Shown: in pieces, positions 27,992 to 36,932 of the stretch
Layout of the letters: the number at the start of each line of letters is the position of its first letter
How positions within the stretch are numbered: position 1 is the stretch's first letter
Source of the DNA: an uncultured Clostridia bacterium
GTDB taxonomy: Bacteria > Bacillota > Clostridia > Oscillospirales > QAKW01
Length of the DNA stretch: 64,000 nt
Direction of reading: 5' to 3'
NCBI GenBank assembly: GCA_944387895.1
Contig: CALXGQ010000009.1
Location: 94,056-158,055, forward strand
Program-made: the position numbers and the translations under genes
Notes under the pieces: model-generated
Seen by the model: the letters and a program-made list of their open reading frames with translations, nothing else
What the model was told of the DNA's origin: nothing
Databases searched by the model: none

Positions 27992-29119
27992 TTATGAGAA
28001 ATTTATCAGACATCTCGCCAGTTTATCAATTTCCCGTTCCGTATTATAGCAGCCAAAGCTGATCCGCACCATCCCTCTCTGCTCGGTGCCCATCCGCTTA
28101 TGGAAGAGCGGCGCGCAGTGTACGCCGCCCCGCGCATAGATCCCCTTCTGATCCAGATAGGAAACAACGTCGCCGGAATGGCGGCCGCGCATATTAAAAG
28201 GAATCACCCCAAGGCATTTGGAAGCGTATGGCGCCATATAAAGCTCGATTCCCGGAACGCTCCGCAGCGTGCGGTATGCGTAATCGGTCAGCGCACGTTT
28301 GTGCTGAAAAAGCTTTTCCATGCCGACCGACCGGATATATTCCGCGCCCGCCAGCATGCCGGCGCAGATCGGAGCCGGAAGGGTTCCCGCCTCCAGCCGT
28401 TCCGGAAGGTCTTCCGGCTGCTCCGGATTCAGGCTTTCTGTTCCGGTCCCGCCGAAAACCAGCGGGCGGGGCGGCCGGTTGTTTACCAGGATCACGCCGC
28501 CGCCCTGGGGGCCGAGCAATCCCTTATGGGAGGGCGCGCAGTAATAGTCGATCCCTGCTTTTACCACGTCCACCGGCAGAAAACCGGCTCCCTGGGAACC
28601 ATCCACGATCAACAGAACCGAGGAAGGCTTTTCCCGGGCGATCCGCTCGACCGGCAAAACGCGCCCGCATACGTTGGAGCACTGGGTGCAGACGATCGCT
28701 CTGGTCTTGCTATTTATCGCGCGCATCATATCTTCAACGATCTTATCATCATCGGCAAAATCAACGCGCACAACGCTCACCGCCACGCCCCGCTCCTGCA
28801 AATACCAGAGCGGGCGCAGGACGCTGTTGTGCTCCAGATCCGTTGTGACGACGTGATCCCCTTTTTGAAAAAGTCCAAGCAGCACGGTATTGAGCGCATA
28901 GGTGGCATTGGGAACCAAAACAACATTTTCCGGCTGATCCATGCCAAACAGCGCGCCCAGAGAAACCCGCGCATGATAAACCATTTCCGCCGCGTCAACA
29001 GACATTCGATGTCCGCTGCGGCCTGGATTTGCCCCGTTTTTTTGCAGCCATTCCCCCACCGCCCGCACAACGCATTGCGGCTTCGGATGAGAGGAGGCGC
29101 CGTTATCAAAATAAATCAA
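27992..29119 (-). CDS. Class V aminotransferase / cysteine desulfurase family protein
   Basis: IYFDNGASSHPKP, TDLEHNS, CAPSHKGLLGPQG (PLP-Lys region) and RGGVHCAP (active-site Cys). Confidence 0.85.
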   Translation of the reverse strand: MIYFDNGASSHPKPQCVVRAVGEWLQKNGANPGRSGHRMSVDAAEMVYHARVSLGALFGMDQPENVVLVPNATYALNTVLLGLFQKGDHVVTTDLEHNSVLRPLWYLQERGVAVSVVRVDFADDDKIVEDMMRAINSKTRAIVCTQCSNVCGRVLPVERIAREKPSSVLLIVDGSQGAGFLPVDVVKAGIDYYCAPSHKGLLGPQGGGVILVNNRPPRPLVFGGTGTESLNPEQPEDLPERLEAGTLPAPICAGMLAGAEYIRSVGMEKLFQHKRALTDYAYRTLRSVPGIELYMAPYASKCLGVIPFNMRGRHSGDVVSYLDQKGIYARGGVHCAPLFHKRMGTEQRGMVRISFGCYNTEREIDKLARCLINFS

Positions 29120-29144
29120 GGCCGTCCCTCCGTATACCAGGCGG

Positions 29145-29330
29145 TCATTTCAGGATTCCGCCGCCTCTTAAAATCTGCCGCGCAGCGGCGGCATGCTTTT
29201 CCGTAACATTCAAATAATAATAGCAGCCCGCTTCTCCGCTTCGTTTCCCAACATGGGAGCCGATGCCGTTTTGATGAAGCAGCTGCTTCCCCTTCATTGC
29301 ATAGGTAGCACTTTTTACCGGGATCTCCAT
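29145..29330 (-). CDS. Small DUF3343-like (putative S/Se carrier-like) protein
   Basis: 61 aa, immediately upstream of the desulfurase. Pattern SATYAMKGKQLL..GI...GC..L.V is reminiscent of DUF3343. This is a weak call. Confidence 0.4.
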   Translation of the reverse strand: MEIPVKSATYAMKGKQLLHQNGIGSHVGKRSGEAGCYYYLNVTEKHAAAARQILRGGGILK

Positions 29331-29436
29331 TTGATCATCTCCTTTTTCATGCTTACCCGTTTATCCTATGAACAAACGATTTTAATGTTGATTTTTCCAA
29401 AAAAAAGCCATATAATTAATGAGGAGGTAATGAACC

Positions 29437-29943
29437 ATGAATCAGCACATTCAGCCGTCTGAATTTTCAGAAAAGGTCTTTCCCCTGATCGAACAGGATT
29501 GGATGCTTATCACAGCCGGGTCGGAAAAAGGCGTCAACACCATGACCGCCAGCTACGGTAGCCTGGGGATCCTCTTTGGCAAGCCGGTGGCGCAGATCTA
29601 TGTCCGACCGGAGCGCTTCACCTATGGATTTCTGGAGGAGCAGGAGTATTTTTCCCTTTCCTTTTTTGATGAAAAATACAGAGAAAAGCTTCAATACTGC
29701 GGTCGTACCAGCGGCCGGGACGCAGACAAAATTGCCGTCTGCGGGTTCACGCCTCTCTTTGACGCCCACCAGGCCCCATATTTCAAAGAGGCGCGCCTGA
29801 CGGTTATTTGCAGAAAAATCTACGCCCAGTCCCTGAAGGCGGAGCTTCTTTCCGACGAAAAGATCCGCCGGGCAGTTTACGGTTCCGGCGGCGTTCACCG
29901 GATGTATGTGGGCGAAATCGTCGATATCTTTTATCAGAACTGA
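29437..29943 (+). CDS. Flavin reductase-like FMN-binding protein
   Basis: 168 aa with RBS GAGGAGG. WMLITAGSEKGVNTMTASYGSLG..RPERFTYGF is typical of the flavin reductase-like domain. Confidence 0.68.
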   Translation: MNQHIQPSEFSEKVFPLIEQDWMLITAGSEKGVNTMTASYGSLGILFGKPVAQIYVRPERFTYGFLEEQEYFSLSFFDEKYREKLQYCGRTSGRDADKIAVCGFTPLFDAHQAPYFKEARLTVICRKIYAQSLKAELLSDEKIRRAVYGSGGVHRMYVGEIVDIFYQN

Positions 29944-30018
29944 TCCGCCCGCCGGAGCCGAAGCCGGGCGCGTCCCCGTTTCCGGCGCGGCGGCCAATAT
30001 TTATAAGGAGAAGAAATA

Positions 30019-30042
30019 ATGATCAACAATCCCTGCAACTGA
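30019..30042 (+). promoter_or_regulatory. Candidate 7-codon leader ORF (MINNPCN*) of an ABC-F attenuator
   Basis: AAGGAG (30005-30010), 8 nt, then ATGATCAACAATCCCTGCAACTGA. Followed by alternative pairings (CAAAAGGA at 30051-58 versus TCCTTTTG at 30063-70 and 30076-83). Confidence 0.35.
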
Positions 30043-30141
30043 ACTTTTCGCAAAAGGATCGCTCCTTTTGGGGGTTCCTTTTGCCCTTTGCAAGATTGTT
30101 CCATTCTTTCGCGCTCCCATCCTGTTCCCTCCATGCTTTTT

Positions 30142-30189
30142 GAGCCGCAAGAAGTTCTTTCTTGCAGCTCATTTTTATTTTGTTGTTTT
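30142..30189 (+). terminator. Intrinsic terminator (attenuator) directly upstream of the ABC-F RBS
   Basis: gagccgcaagaa-gttc-ttcttgcagctc (one mismatch) followed by atttttattttgttgtttt. The AGGAGG RBS of the ABC-F gene starts at 30191. Confidence 0.5.
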
Positions 30190-30205
30190 CAGGAGGAACA
30201 AAGCC

Positions 30206-31666
30206 ATGGCCATGATCAGCATTGAAAATCTGACCTTTTCCTATCCCACAAGCGCCGATCCCGTTTTCGACAACGTCAGCTTCCGGATCGACACCAATTG
30301 GAAGCTGGGCTTCATCGGGCGCAACGGCAAGGGGAAAACGACCCTGCTCCGCCTGCTGCTCGGCAGCTATCCCTATCGGGGCAAGATCGAAAGCCCCGTG
30401 GAATTCATCTACTTTCCCCACCCTGTTGAGGACAAAACGAAGAGCACGACGGAGATCCTGCGGGAAATCGCGCCGGAAGCGGAGGAATGGCAGCTCAGGA
30501 GAGAGCTTTCAGCCCTTGGCGTCCGCGAGTCGGCGCTTTTACGCCCCTTTGCGTCCCTCTCCGGCGGAGAGCAGACAAAGGTTTTGCTTGCCGCGCTTTT
30601 TTCAGAGGAGAGCCGGTTCCCGCTCATCGACGAGCCCACCAATCATCTGGACGCCGACGCCCGATCCGATGTGGCCGCCTATCTTGCAAGAAAAAAGGGG
30701 TTCATTCTGGTTTCTCACGACCGGCGGTTTCTGGACGGATGCGTCGATCATATTCTCTCCCTCAATCGCGCCACCCTTGAGGTGCAGAGCGGAAATTATT
30801 CCTCGTGGCAGGAAAACTTTGAGCGGCGCCAGAAATATGAATCCACCCAAAACGAACGGCTGCACAAAGATATTGCCCGCCTGAAAACCGCCGCGCAGCG
30901 CTCCTCCGGCTGGGCCGATCGGGTGGAAGCCTCGAAAATCGGAGCGGCGGACAAGGGGTTTATCGGCCATAAATCCGCCAAAATGATGAAACGGGCGAAA
31001 TCCATTCAGGCGCGTCAGCAGCGTGCCATCAAAGAAAAAACAACGCTGCTCAAAGACGCGGAACGGACCGACGCGCTGAAGCTGCGTCCCCTGACCTACC
31101 GCAGGGATCTGCTTGTATCCTTGAAGGGCGTGGCGCCGGTTTATTCCCGATCCCCCATAACCAGCCCGGTGTCCTTAGAGATTCGCGCCGGAGAGCGCGT
31201 TTTCCTTGATGGAAAAAACGGGAGCGGAAAAAGCAGCATTCTCCGCCTGCTGCTGAACCACCCCATCGACCACACCGGAAGCGTGGAGATCGGCTCCGGC
31301 CTGATCATTTCCTATGTGCCGCAGAGCGCCTCCTCTTTAAACGGAACGCTTTCCGCCTTTGCAAAAGAGAACCGGATCGATGAAAGTCTTTTTAAGACGA
31401 TACTCCGGAAGATGGATTTCAGCCGCCCGCAGCTGGAAAAGGATATGCAGGATTTTTCACAGGGGCAAAAGAAAAAGGTCCTGCTCGCAAAAAGCCTTTG
31501 CGAACAGGCGCACCTCTATATCTGGGATGAACCGCTCAACTACATTGACCTGTATTCCCGCGTCCAGATCGAACGGCTGATCGCAGAATTTTCTCCCACC
31601 ATGCTTTTGGTGGAGCACGACGCCGCCTTCCGGGAAGCAATTGCAACAAAAGTTATCCATCTCTAA
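30206..31666 (+). CDS. Lsa-type ABC-F ATPase (putative ribosomal-protection / antibiotic-resistance ARE family)
   Basis: Two ABC cassettes with no TM. IDTNWKLGFIGRNGKGKTTLLRLL, LSGGEQTKV, and a second GKNGSGKSS..FSQGQKKKV..YIWDEPLNYID. End-to-end collinear with Lsa(A)-like proteins as I remember them. Start at ATG 30206 after AGGAGG. Confidence 0.82.
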   Translation: MAMISIENLTFSYPTSADPVFDNVSFRIDTNWKLGFIGRNGKGKTTLLRLLLGSYPYRGKIESPVEFIYFPHPVEDKTKSTTEILREIAPEAEEWQLRRELSALGVRESALLRPFASLSGGEQTKVLLAALFSEESRFPLIDEPTNHLDADARSDVAAYLARKKGFILVSHDRRFLDGCVDHILSLNRATLEVQSGNYSSWQENFERRQKYESTQNERLHKDIARLKTAAQRSSGWADRVEASKIGAADKGFIGHKSAKMMKRAKSIQARQQRAIKEKTTLLKDAERTDALKLRPLTYRRDLLVSLKGVAPVYSRSPITSPVSLEIRAGERVFLDGKNGSGKSSILRLLLNHPIDHTGSVEIGSGLIISYVPQSASSLNGTLSAFAKENRIDESLFKTILRKMDFSRPQLEKDMQDFSQGQKKKVLLAKSLCEQAHLYIWDEPLNYIDLYSRVQIERLIAEFSPTMLLVEHDAAFREAIATKVIHL

Positions 31667-31705
31667 AAAAGCGGCACGGCCTCTGGCCGTGCCGCTTTAT
31701 TCTAT
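31666..31705. terminator. Bidirectional terminator between ABC-F and the PHP gene
   Basis: aaaaaagcggcacggcc-tct-ggccgtgccgctttatt. Confidence 0.65.
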
Positions 31706-32371
31706 TCAGAGGATCCGGATTTTTTCGGATCGGACTGCGTCGAAGATCTCCCCCAGATCCTCGGCGACCGCAGGCATTGCGATTCCGCCCAGGAGCGGAA
31801 GATGCTCCCTGTTGTGAAAATCGGTTCCGCCGATTTTCATCAGTCCGTAATTTTCGGCGTACTGATCCGCCAGGAAGTTGGCCTTCGGCGTATTACATTT
31901 ATTGACCGTTTCCACTCCGTCGGTCAGCCAGGGGATCAGGCGGATCATTTTAATATAGTGCCGCTCCCGAAAGGGATGGGCGTGGATCAGAATCCCGCCC
32001 TCGGAACGCACCAGCTCGCAGTAACGCACCAAATTGATATCAGCAAGCTCCGGATGCGCCATGAGCCATTCCCGCCCCAGCCCGTAGGTGAGAATTTCCG
32101 TTCCCTCATAATTATACTCCCAGCCGAAAAAGACCTGCAGGCCGCATTTTTCCCCTTCAGCCCGGGCGTTTTCATATCCGGCCATAAAGCCCCCGACCCA
32201 TTCCTCCCAGGGCAGTTGTTTATCCACCGCCGTATTGCCGCCGTAGAAATGATCGGTGATCACCACGCCCTGATATCCCTTTTCTGCGTAAATGCGCGCC
32301 AGCTCCCCTCCGCTCAGGGAAGCGCAACGGCTGCCTTCCGCCGTATGGCAGTGCATTTCATAAATAAACAT
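31706..32371 (-). CDS. PHP-domain metal-dependent phosphoesterase
   Basis: MHCHTAEGSRC, VVITDHF, and ILIHAHPFRE histidine motifs. Confidence 0.72.
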   Translation of the reverse strand: MFIYEMHCHTAEGSRCASLSGGELARIYAEKGYQGVVITDHFYGGNTAVDKQLPWEEWVGGFMAGYENARAEGEKCGLQVFFGWEYNYEGTEILTYGLGREWLMAHPELADINLVRYCELVRSEGGILIHAHPFRERHYIKMIRLIPWLTDGVETVNKCNTPKANFLADQYAENYGLMKIGGTDFHNREHLPLLGGIAMPAVAEDLGEIFDAVRSEKIRIL

Positions 32372-32400
32372 TTTTTATCACCCTTCAGACTTTTTTTCCA

Positions 32401-33003
32401 TTATATCACCCCGCCGCCCGATTCACAAGACAAAACTCTGAAGGCATCGGGCCCGATCAGCAGTTCGCCCCATTCTTTCAGAAGGGATTCGTTCATGTAA
32501 TGATATCTGCAGCGCTGCCCAAATTCTTCCAAACGAAGCAGGAAAAGCGCAAACTCCGGCGTTGCCGTATCCGGCGGCGCAAAAGAAAGAAGCGCATAAA
32601 AATGGCTCTGGTAATAATAAAGCGCGCTGGTTTCCGGGCGGAATGGCTTCATATTTTTAAAAAATTTAAAAACATCCGTACCGTGGTCTATCTGAAAGAT
32701 ATACATCTCTCTGTCGGTGCGGTCGGCCTTATCGAATTCAAATTTTTCCTCCCCTTCCTGTTCGATTTTTGTCAGAAGGATATAATAAGTTCTGGAAACG
32801 CCCGGCACCACCTCGATCATCACCCGGCAATCCTGAAAATCCACGCCGGTCTGATCATAGGTTTTTCGGATCAGCTCATAAATAAAAGCCCGCGAAAAAG
32901 GGTCGTCGTAATTCAGCTTTTCAAAGGGCAGATCATAGAGCTCGATATCCTGATCCTCCATCAAGATTTTTACCCGGTTTTCATCCAACACCTTCACAAG
33001 CAT
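32401..33003 (-). CDS. mecA: MecA-like Clp adaptor protein
   Basis: Collinear with MecA: N-terminus M.V..LDENRVKILMEDQDIE, acidic linker, and C-terminus SALYYYQSHFYALLSF..LLRLEEFG...LLKEWGELLIG. From memory of B. subtilis MecA. Confidence 0.55.
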   Translation of the reverse strand: MLVKVLDENRVKILMEDQDIELYDLPFEKLNYDDPFSRAFIYELIRKTYDQTGVDFQDCRVMIEVVPGVSRTYYILLTKIEQEGEEKFEFDKADRTDREMYIFQIDHGTDVFKFFKNMKPFRPETSALYYYQSHFYALLSFAPPDTATPEFALFLLRLEEFGQRCRYHYMNESLLKEWGELLIGPDAFRVLSCESGGGVI

Positions 33004-33098
33004 CCGCTCTTCCTCCTATCGCCTGATATGGCCGCCCCTTGCGCAAGGGGCGGGAAACTTCCTCCCACTCTATAGGATATGAACAGGGCGGCCGGCCG

Positions 33099-33866
33099 TT
33101 ACAGCTGGCTCTTGATCCTTTTCATCGCGCCTTTTTCCAGCCGGGAGACCTGCGCCTGAGATATTCCCACCTCCTCCGCAACCTCCATCTGGGTTTTTCC
33201 CTCCAGAAACCGCATTTCAATAATGTTCTTTTCCCGCTCCGGCAGTTGATTGATGGCGTCTTTGATCAGAAGCTCGTCCAGCCAATCATCGCCCCCCTGG
33301 CCGGAGCTGACCTGATCCATGACATAGATCGCATCATTGCCGTCGGAATAAACCGGTTCAAAGAGGGAAATGGGATCCACAATAGCGTCCAGCGCCAATA
33401 CCACCTCTTCCTTTTTCACATTCAGCTCCCTTGCGATCTCCGATACCGTCGGTTCCCTGTTTTTTTCGTTGGCCAGCCGCTCCTTGACGGTAAGAGCGCG
33501 GTAGGCAAGATCCCGGGTCGCCCGGGATACCCGAACCATATTATTGTCGCGCAGGTAGCGGCGGATCTCGCCAAGAATCATCGGCACACCGTAGGTACTG
33601 AAGCGCAGCCCCAGGCTGAGATCAAAATTATCGATGCTTTTGATCAGGCCGATGCAGCCGACCTGAAAAAGATCGTCCATGCTCTCGCCGCGGCCGGCAA
33701 ACCGCTGCACCAGCGAAAGAACCAGCCGCAGGTTCCCCTCGATAAACTGATCCTTCGCTTTTTTATCGCCGTCTTTGATGCGGCGAAGAAGCTCGTTTTT
33801 TTCATCATTGGATAAAACAGGAAGCTTCGACGTATCCACCCCGCTGATCACGACCTTATTATACAT
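33099..33866 (-). CDS. sigG: Sporulation sigma factor SigG (forespore late sigma)
   Basis: Near-collinear with B. subtilis SigG: NKVVISGVDTSKLPVL, GNLRLVLSLVQRF, DDLFQVGCIGLIKSIDNFD, STYGVPMILGEIRRYLRDNN, DPISLFEPVY, GKTQMEVAEEVGISQAQVSRLEK. Start MYNKV at 33866 after GGAGG. Confidence 0.9.
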   Translation of the reverse strand: MYNKVVISGVDTSKLPVLSNDEKNELLRRIKDGDKKAKDQFIEGNLRLVLSLVQRFAGRGESMDDLFQVGCIGLIKSIDNFDLSLGLRFSTYGVPMILGEIRRYLRDNNMVRVSRATRDLAYRALTVKERLANEKNREPTVSEIARELNVKKEEVVLALDAIVDPISLFEPVYSDGNDAIYVMDQVSSGQGGDDWLDELLIKDAINQLPEREKNIIEMRFLEGKTQMEVAEEVGISQAQVSRLEKGAMKRIKSQL

Positions 33867-33897
33867 GACCGTCCTCCGTTTCAACTATTCTCAACCT

Positions 33898-33927
33898 CAT
33901 TATTTCCATCTTTCATTTTTCTTATGC
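33898..33927 (-). promoter_or_regulatory. Forespore-type (sigmaF/sigmaG class) promoter candidate for sigG
   Basis: Minus strand reads GCATA (33927-33923), 15 nt, GGAAATAATG (33907-33898). This fits the remembered GCATA-N15-GGnnAnAHTR pattern and ends ~30 nt before the sigG ATG. Confidence 0.42.
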
Positions 33928-33972
33928 GAACGAAAAAACAGGTTCGGCATAAGATGAACGGAGGTGATTGAT

Positions 33973-35037
33973 ATGCAATATGAAACATTTTGCGCCGCCA
34001 ACAGCGGAGAAGGCTTTATTTCATTTTTCGATACGCTGGTGGACGAGAAAAAAATGCATGTTTACTACATAAAGGGCGGCCCGGGCAGCGGAAAAAGCAC
34101 CCTGCTCCGTCAACTGGCGCAAAAAGCAGAGGAAGCGGAGCTGATACGCTGCTCCGGCGATCCCGGAAGTCTGGACGGGATCATCCTGCCGGATCAGAAG
34201 GCCGTTGTTATCGACGCGACTGCGCCGCACAGTCATGAACCGCACTATCCGGGCGTCGGCGGCAATCTGATCGACCTCGGAGAAGGCTGGGATCCCCAAA
34301 AGCTGGACCGGGATAAAATCATGGAGCTGACCGATCGAAAAAAAGAGATCTACCGGTGCTGCTACGCGCTGCTGCGCGGTGCGAAAAATCTGCACGAAGG
34401 CGTCTTTTCGGCGTTATATGCCTACACCTCCCCGGCCAGGATCCAGGCAGCCGCCGAGAAGCTGCTGCGCCACAACGGTCTTTGGGAAAACCGCGGGCGA
34501 AAAGGAACGGTGCAGCGCCGCTTTCTTTCCGGTATCACGCCGGACGGCCGCGTCACCATGAACGAAACCATCGCCGCCCTGAGTGAAAACATCGTTCTTC
34601 TGGAGGATCGCTGGATGATCGGGCAGCGGTTGCTCTCCTATCTCGACAACCGGCTTTCTGAAAACGGGATCGACCACATCAACGGTTACCATCCCCTGCT
34701 GGGAAAAAGCGCGCTCCAGCATATCCTTGTTCCGGAATACGGCATTTCCTTTGTCAGCCGGGATGGCGTATTTCCTCTGGATCTGCCGGAAGAGCGGATC
34801 CAAAAAAAGCTCACCATCCAGGGCATGATCGATCGATCCTACCTCAGCGATCACAAAAACAAGCTGACCTTTTTCAAACGCCTGCAACGGGAAATCCTGG
34901 ATCTGGCCTGCGAAAAGCTGGCCGACGCCCGCACCCTTCACATGGAAATCGAAAGGGAATATGCCAAAGGGACCGATTTTGAAGCCACCCGTTCTCTTAA
35001 AGAAAAATTAAGTAATAATATCTTTACACAGCCTTGA
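33973..35037 (+). CDS. P-loop NTPase of unknown function (PRK06851-like, spore-former associated)
   Basis: Walker A YYIKGGPGSGKSTLL and a Walker-B-like AVVIDATAPH. GGAGG lies 8 nt before ATG 33973. Family name is from memory only. Confidence 0.55.
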   Translation: MQYETFCAANSGEGFISFFDTLVDEKKMHVYYIKGGPGSGKSTLLRQLAQKAEEAELIRCSGDPGSLDGIILPDQKAVVIDATAPHSHEPHYPGVGGNLIDLGEGWDPQKLDRDKIMELTDRKKEIYRCCYALLRGAKNLHEGVFSALYAYTSPARIQAAAEKLLRHNGLWENRGRKGTVQRRFLSGITPDGRVTMNETIAALSENIVLLEDRWMIGQRLLSYLDNRLSENGIDHINGYHPLLGKSALQHILVPEYGISFVSRDGVFPLDLPEERIQKKLTIQGMIDRSYLSDHKNKLTFFKRLQREILDLACEKLADARTLHMEIEREYAKGTDFEATRSLKEKLSNNIFTQP

Positions 35038-35102
35038 TTTTAAGATGGAATTGTGTTAGAATGTTAAAAATGTTTTAGGACGCCCAAACAAGGAGAAACT
35101 AC

Positions 35103-36122
35103 ATGAAATTAATATCATTCGCCGTTCCCTGCTACAATAGTGAAGCTTATATGCACCGCTGCATCGACTCTTTGCTGCCGGGGGGAACCCGCGTGGAAAT
35201 CATCCTGGTCGACGACGGTTCCACAGACCGGACCGGTGAAATTGCCGATTCGTATCAAGAGAAATATCCGGAGATCATCAAGGTCATCCATAAGGAAAAC
35301 GGCGGTCACGGTTCCGGCATTATGGCGGGGCTGGAGGCTGCCGTAGGACTTTATTACAAAGTGATCGATTCCGACGACTGGGCCGATCAGGAATCTCTTA
35401 TGAAGCTCCTGGATCTGATCGAAACCTTTGAACGGGAGCAGAAAACCATCGATCTCTTTATTTGTAATTATGTTTATGAGCACGTCGGGAAAAAGCCCCA
35501 TACCATCCATTACCGCGGGATATTCCCCCGCAACCGGATGTTCGGCTGGTCGGAGTGCGGCGTATTCGACATTACCCGCTATATGACCATGCACTCCGTT
35601 TTCTACCGCACCGCGCTGGTGCGCAAGAGCGATCTGCAGATCCCGCTCCATACCTTCTATGTTGACAACATCTATCTCTATACGCCCCTGCCTCTGGTGA
35701 AGACCCTCTATTACTGCGATACGGATTTTTACCGTTATTTCATCGGCCGCGCCGATCAGTCCGTCAACGAAGCGGTCATCATCAAGCGGGTAGATCAGCA
35801 GATTCTGGTATCCAAGCTCGTTCTGGAAAGGCATGATCTTGAAAAAATCCGCCCGGACAATCCGAAGCTTTACCGCTACATGCTCAACTATTCCAGCGTC
35901 ATGGTTCTGGTGGCCTCGGTTTTCCTCACGCTGGACGGTTCCAAGGAAGCGATGAAGAAGCTCAAAGACTTCTGGATCTATCTCAAAACGACCTTCCCCA
36001 ACCAATACGGTCATTTTCGTTATCGCTCGCTGGCCGGTATTTTTTCTCATACCAACCGGGTTTTCCGCTTCTTTTCCGTGGCAGCTTACCGGCTTGTGCG
36101 CAAGATTTATAAATTTAATTAA
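35103..36122 (+). CDS. Family 2 glycosyltransferase
   Basis: ISFAVPCYNSEAYMHRCIDSLL, EIILVDDGSTD, and VIDSDDW (DxD). RBS AAGGAGA. Confidence 0.85.
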   Translation: MKLISFAVPCYNSEAYMHRCIDSLLPGGTRVEIILVDDGSTDRTGEIADSYQEKYPEIIKVIHKENGGHGSGIMAGLEAAVGLYYKVIDSDDWADQESLMKLLDLIETFEREQKTIDLFICNYVYEHVGKKPHTIHYRGIFPRNRMFGWSECGVFDITRYMTMHSVFYRTALVRKSDLQIPLHTFYVDNIYLYTPLPLVKTLYYCDTDFYRYFIGRADQSVNEAVIIKRVDQQILVSKLVLERHDLEKIRPDNPKLYRYMLNYSSVMVLVASVFLTLDGSKEAMKKLKDFWIYLKTTFPNQYGHFRYRSLAGIFSHTNRVFRFFSVAAYRLVRKIYKFN

Positions 36123-36130
36123 GGTGTATT

Positions 36131-36799
36131 ATGACGAAAATCAAAAAATTCTTTCAATCAAAATACGGCCATGCCCTGATGCTGATCTACTTTCCCTTTT
36201 ATCTGCTCTGGTTCGGCTGGCTCAACGTATTCACTCCCCAGCGTGATTCTCTGATTGAAGTATACTCCCGGCTGGATGATCTGATCCCCTTCTGCGAGCT
36301 GTTTGTGATCCCTTATTTATTATGGTTTGCTTATATCGCCGCCGGATATATTTTTCTGTTTTTCAACAACCGGTCGGATTTTTTAAGAATGTGTTGCTTC
36401 CTTTATACCGGCATGACCATATGCCTGATCATCTACACACTCTTTCCCAATTATCAGGCGCTCCGCGTTGATTACGAAACCCTGGGCAGAAGCAATTTCC
36501 TGATTGAAGCGCTCCGGCTTCTTCAAATGGGCGATACGCCTCATGATGTTTTCCCCAGTATCCACTGCCTCAACTCCATCGGCATGAATATCGCGCTGGT
36601 GCGCAATGAATGGTGCAAAAAGCATCCCGGCCTGATCGCCGGCGTTACCGTGCTGACGACGCTGATCTGTCTTTCCACCGTTTTCGTCAAGCAGCACTCG
36701 ATTCTGGACTTTTTCGGCGCGGCGGCTCTTGCCGTTCCCCTTTACTTCATCAGCTATAAAATCAATTGGAAAAATCTTCTACATAAAAAGGCGCGTTGA
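36131..36799 (+). CDS. PAP2 / sphingomyelin-synthase-like integral membrane protein
   Basis: Six hydrophobic segments. FPSIHCLNS and HSILDFFG resemble the C2/C3 PAP2 motifs (SxH, HxxxD). Starts 8 nt after the GT2 gene. Confidence 0.55.
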   Translation: MTKIKKFFQSKYGHALMLIYFPFYLLWFGWLNVFTPQRDSLIEVYSRLDDLIPFCELFVIPYLLWFAYIAAGYIFLFFNNRSDFLRMCCFLYTGMTICLIIYTLFPNYQALRVDYETLGRSNFLIEALRLLQMGDTPHDVFPSIHCLNSIGMNIALVRNEWCKKHPGLIAGVTVLTTLICLSTVFVKQHSILDFFGAAALAVPLYFISYKINWKNLLHKKAR

Positions 36800-36812
36800 T
36801 CGTCAAACAAAA

Positions 36813-36840
36813 AGCCCGGATCATTCCGGGCTTTTTTATT
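36813..36840 (+). terminator. Intrinsic terminator after the GT2-PAP2 pair
   Basis: agcccgga-tcat-tccgggct followed by tttttatt. Confidence 0.7.
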
Positions 36841-36867
36841 TCAATGGCTCCTGCGGCCGGGCGTTTC

Positions 36868-36921
36868 GATAAAGAAAACCCCCTCCGGGCGGCGGGAAAT
36901 ACCCGCCGCCCGGAGGGGGTT
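36868..36921 (-). terminator. Long GC hairpin terminator for the 512-aa membrane-anchored protein gene
   Basis: Minus strand reads aaccccctccgggcggcggg-tatt-tcccgccgcccggagggggtt followed by ttctttat. Confidence 0.6.
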
Positions 36922-36932
36922 ATTCATGTCGA

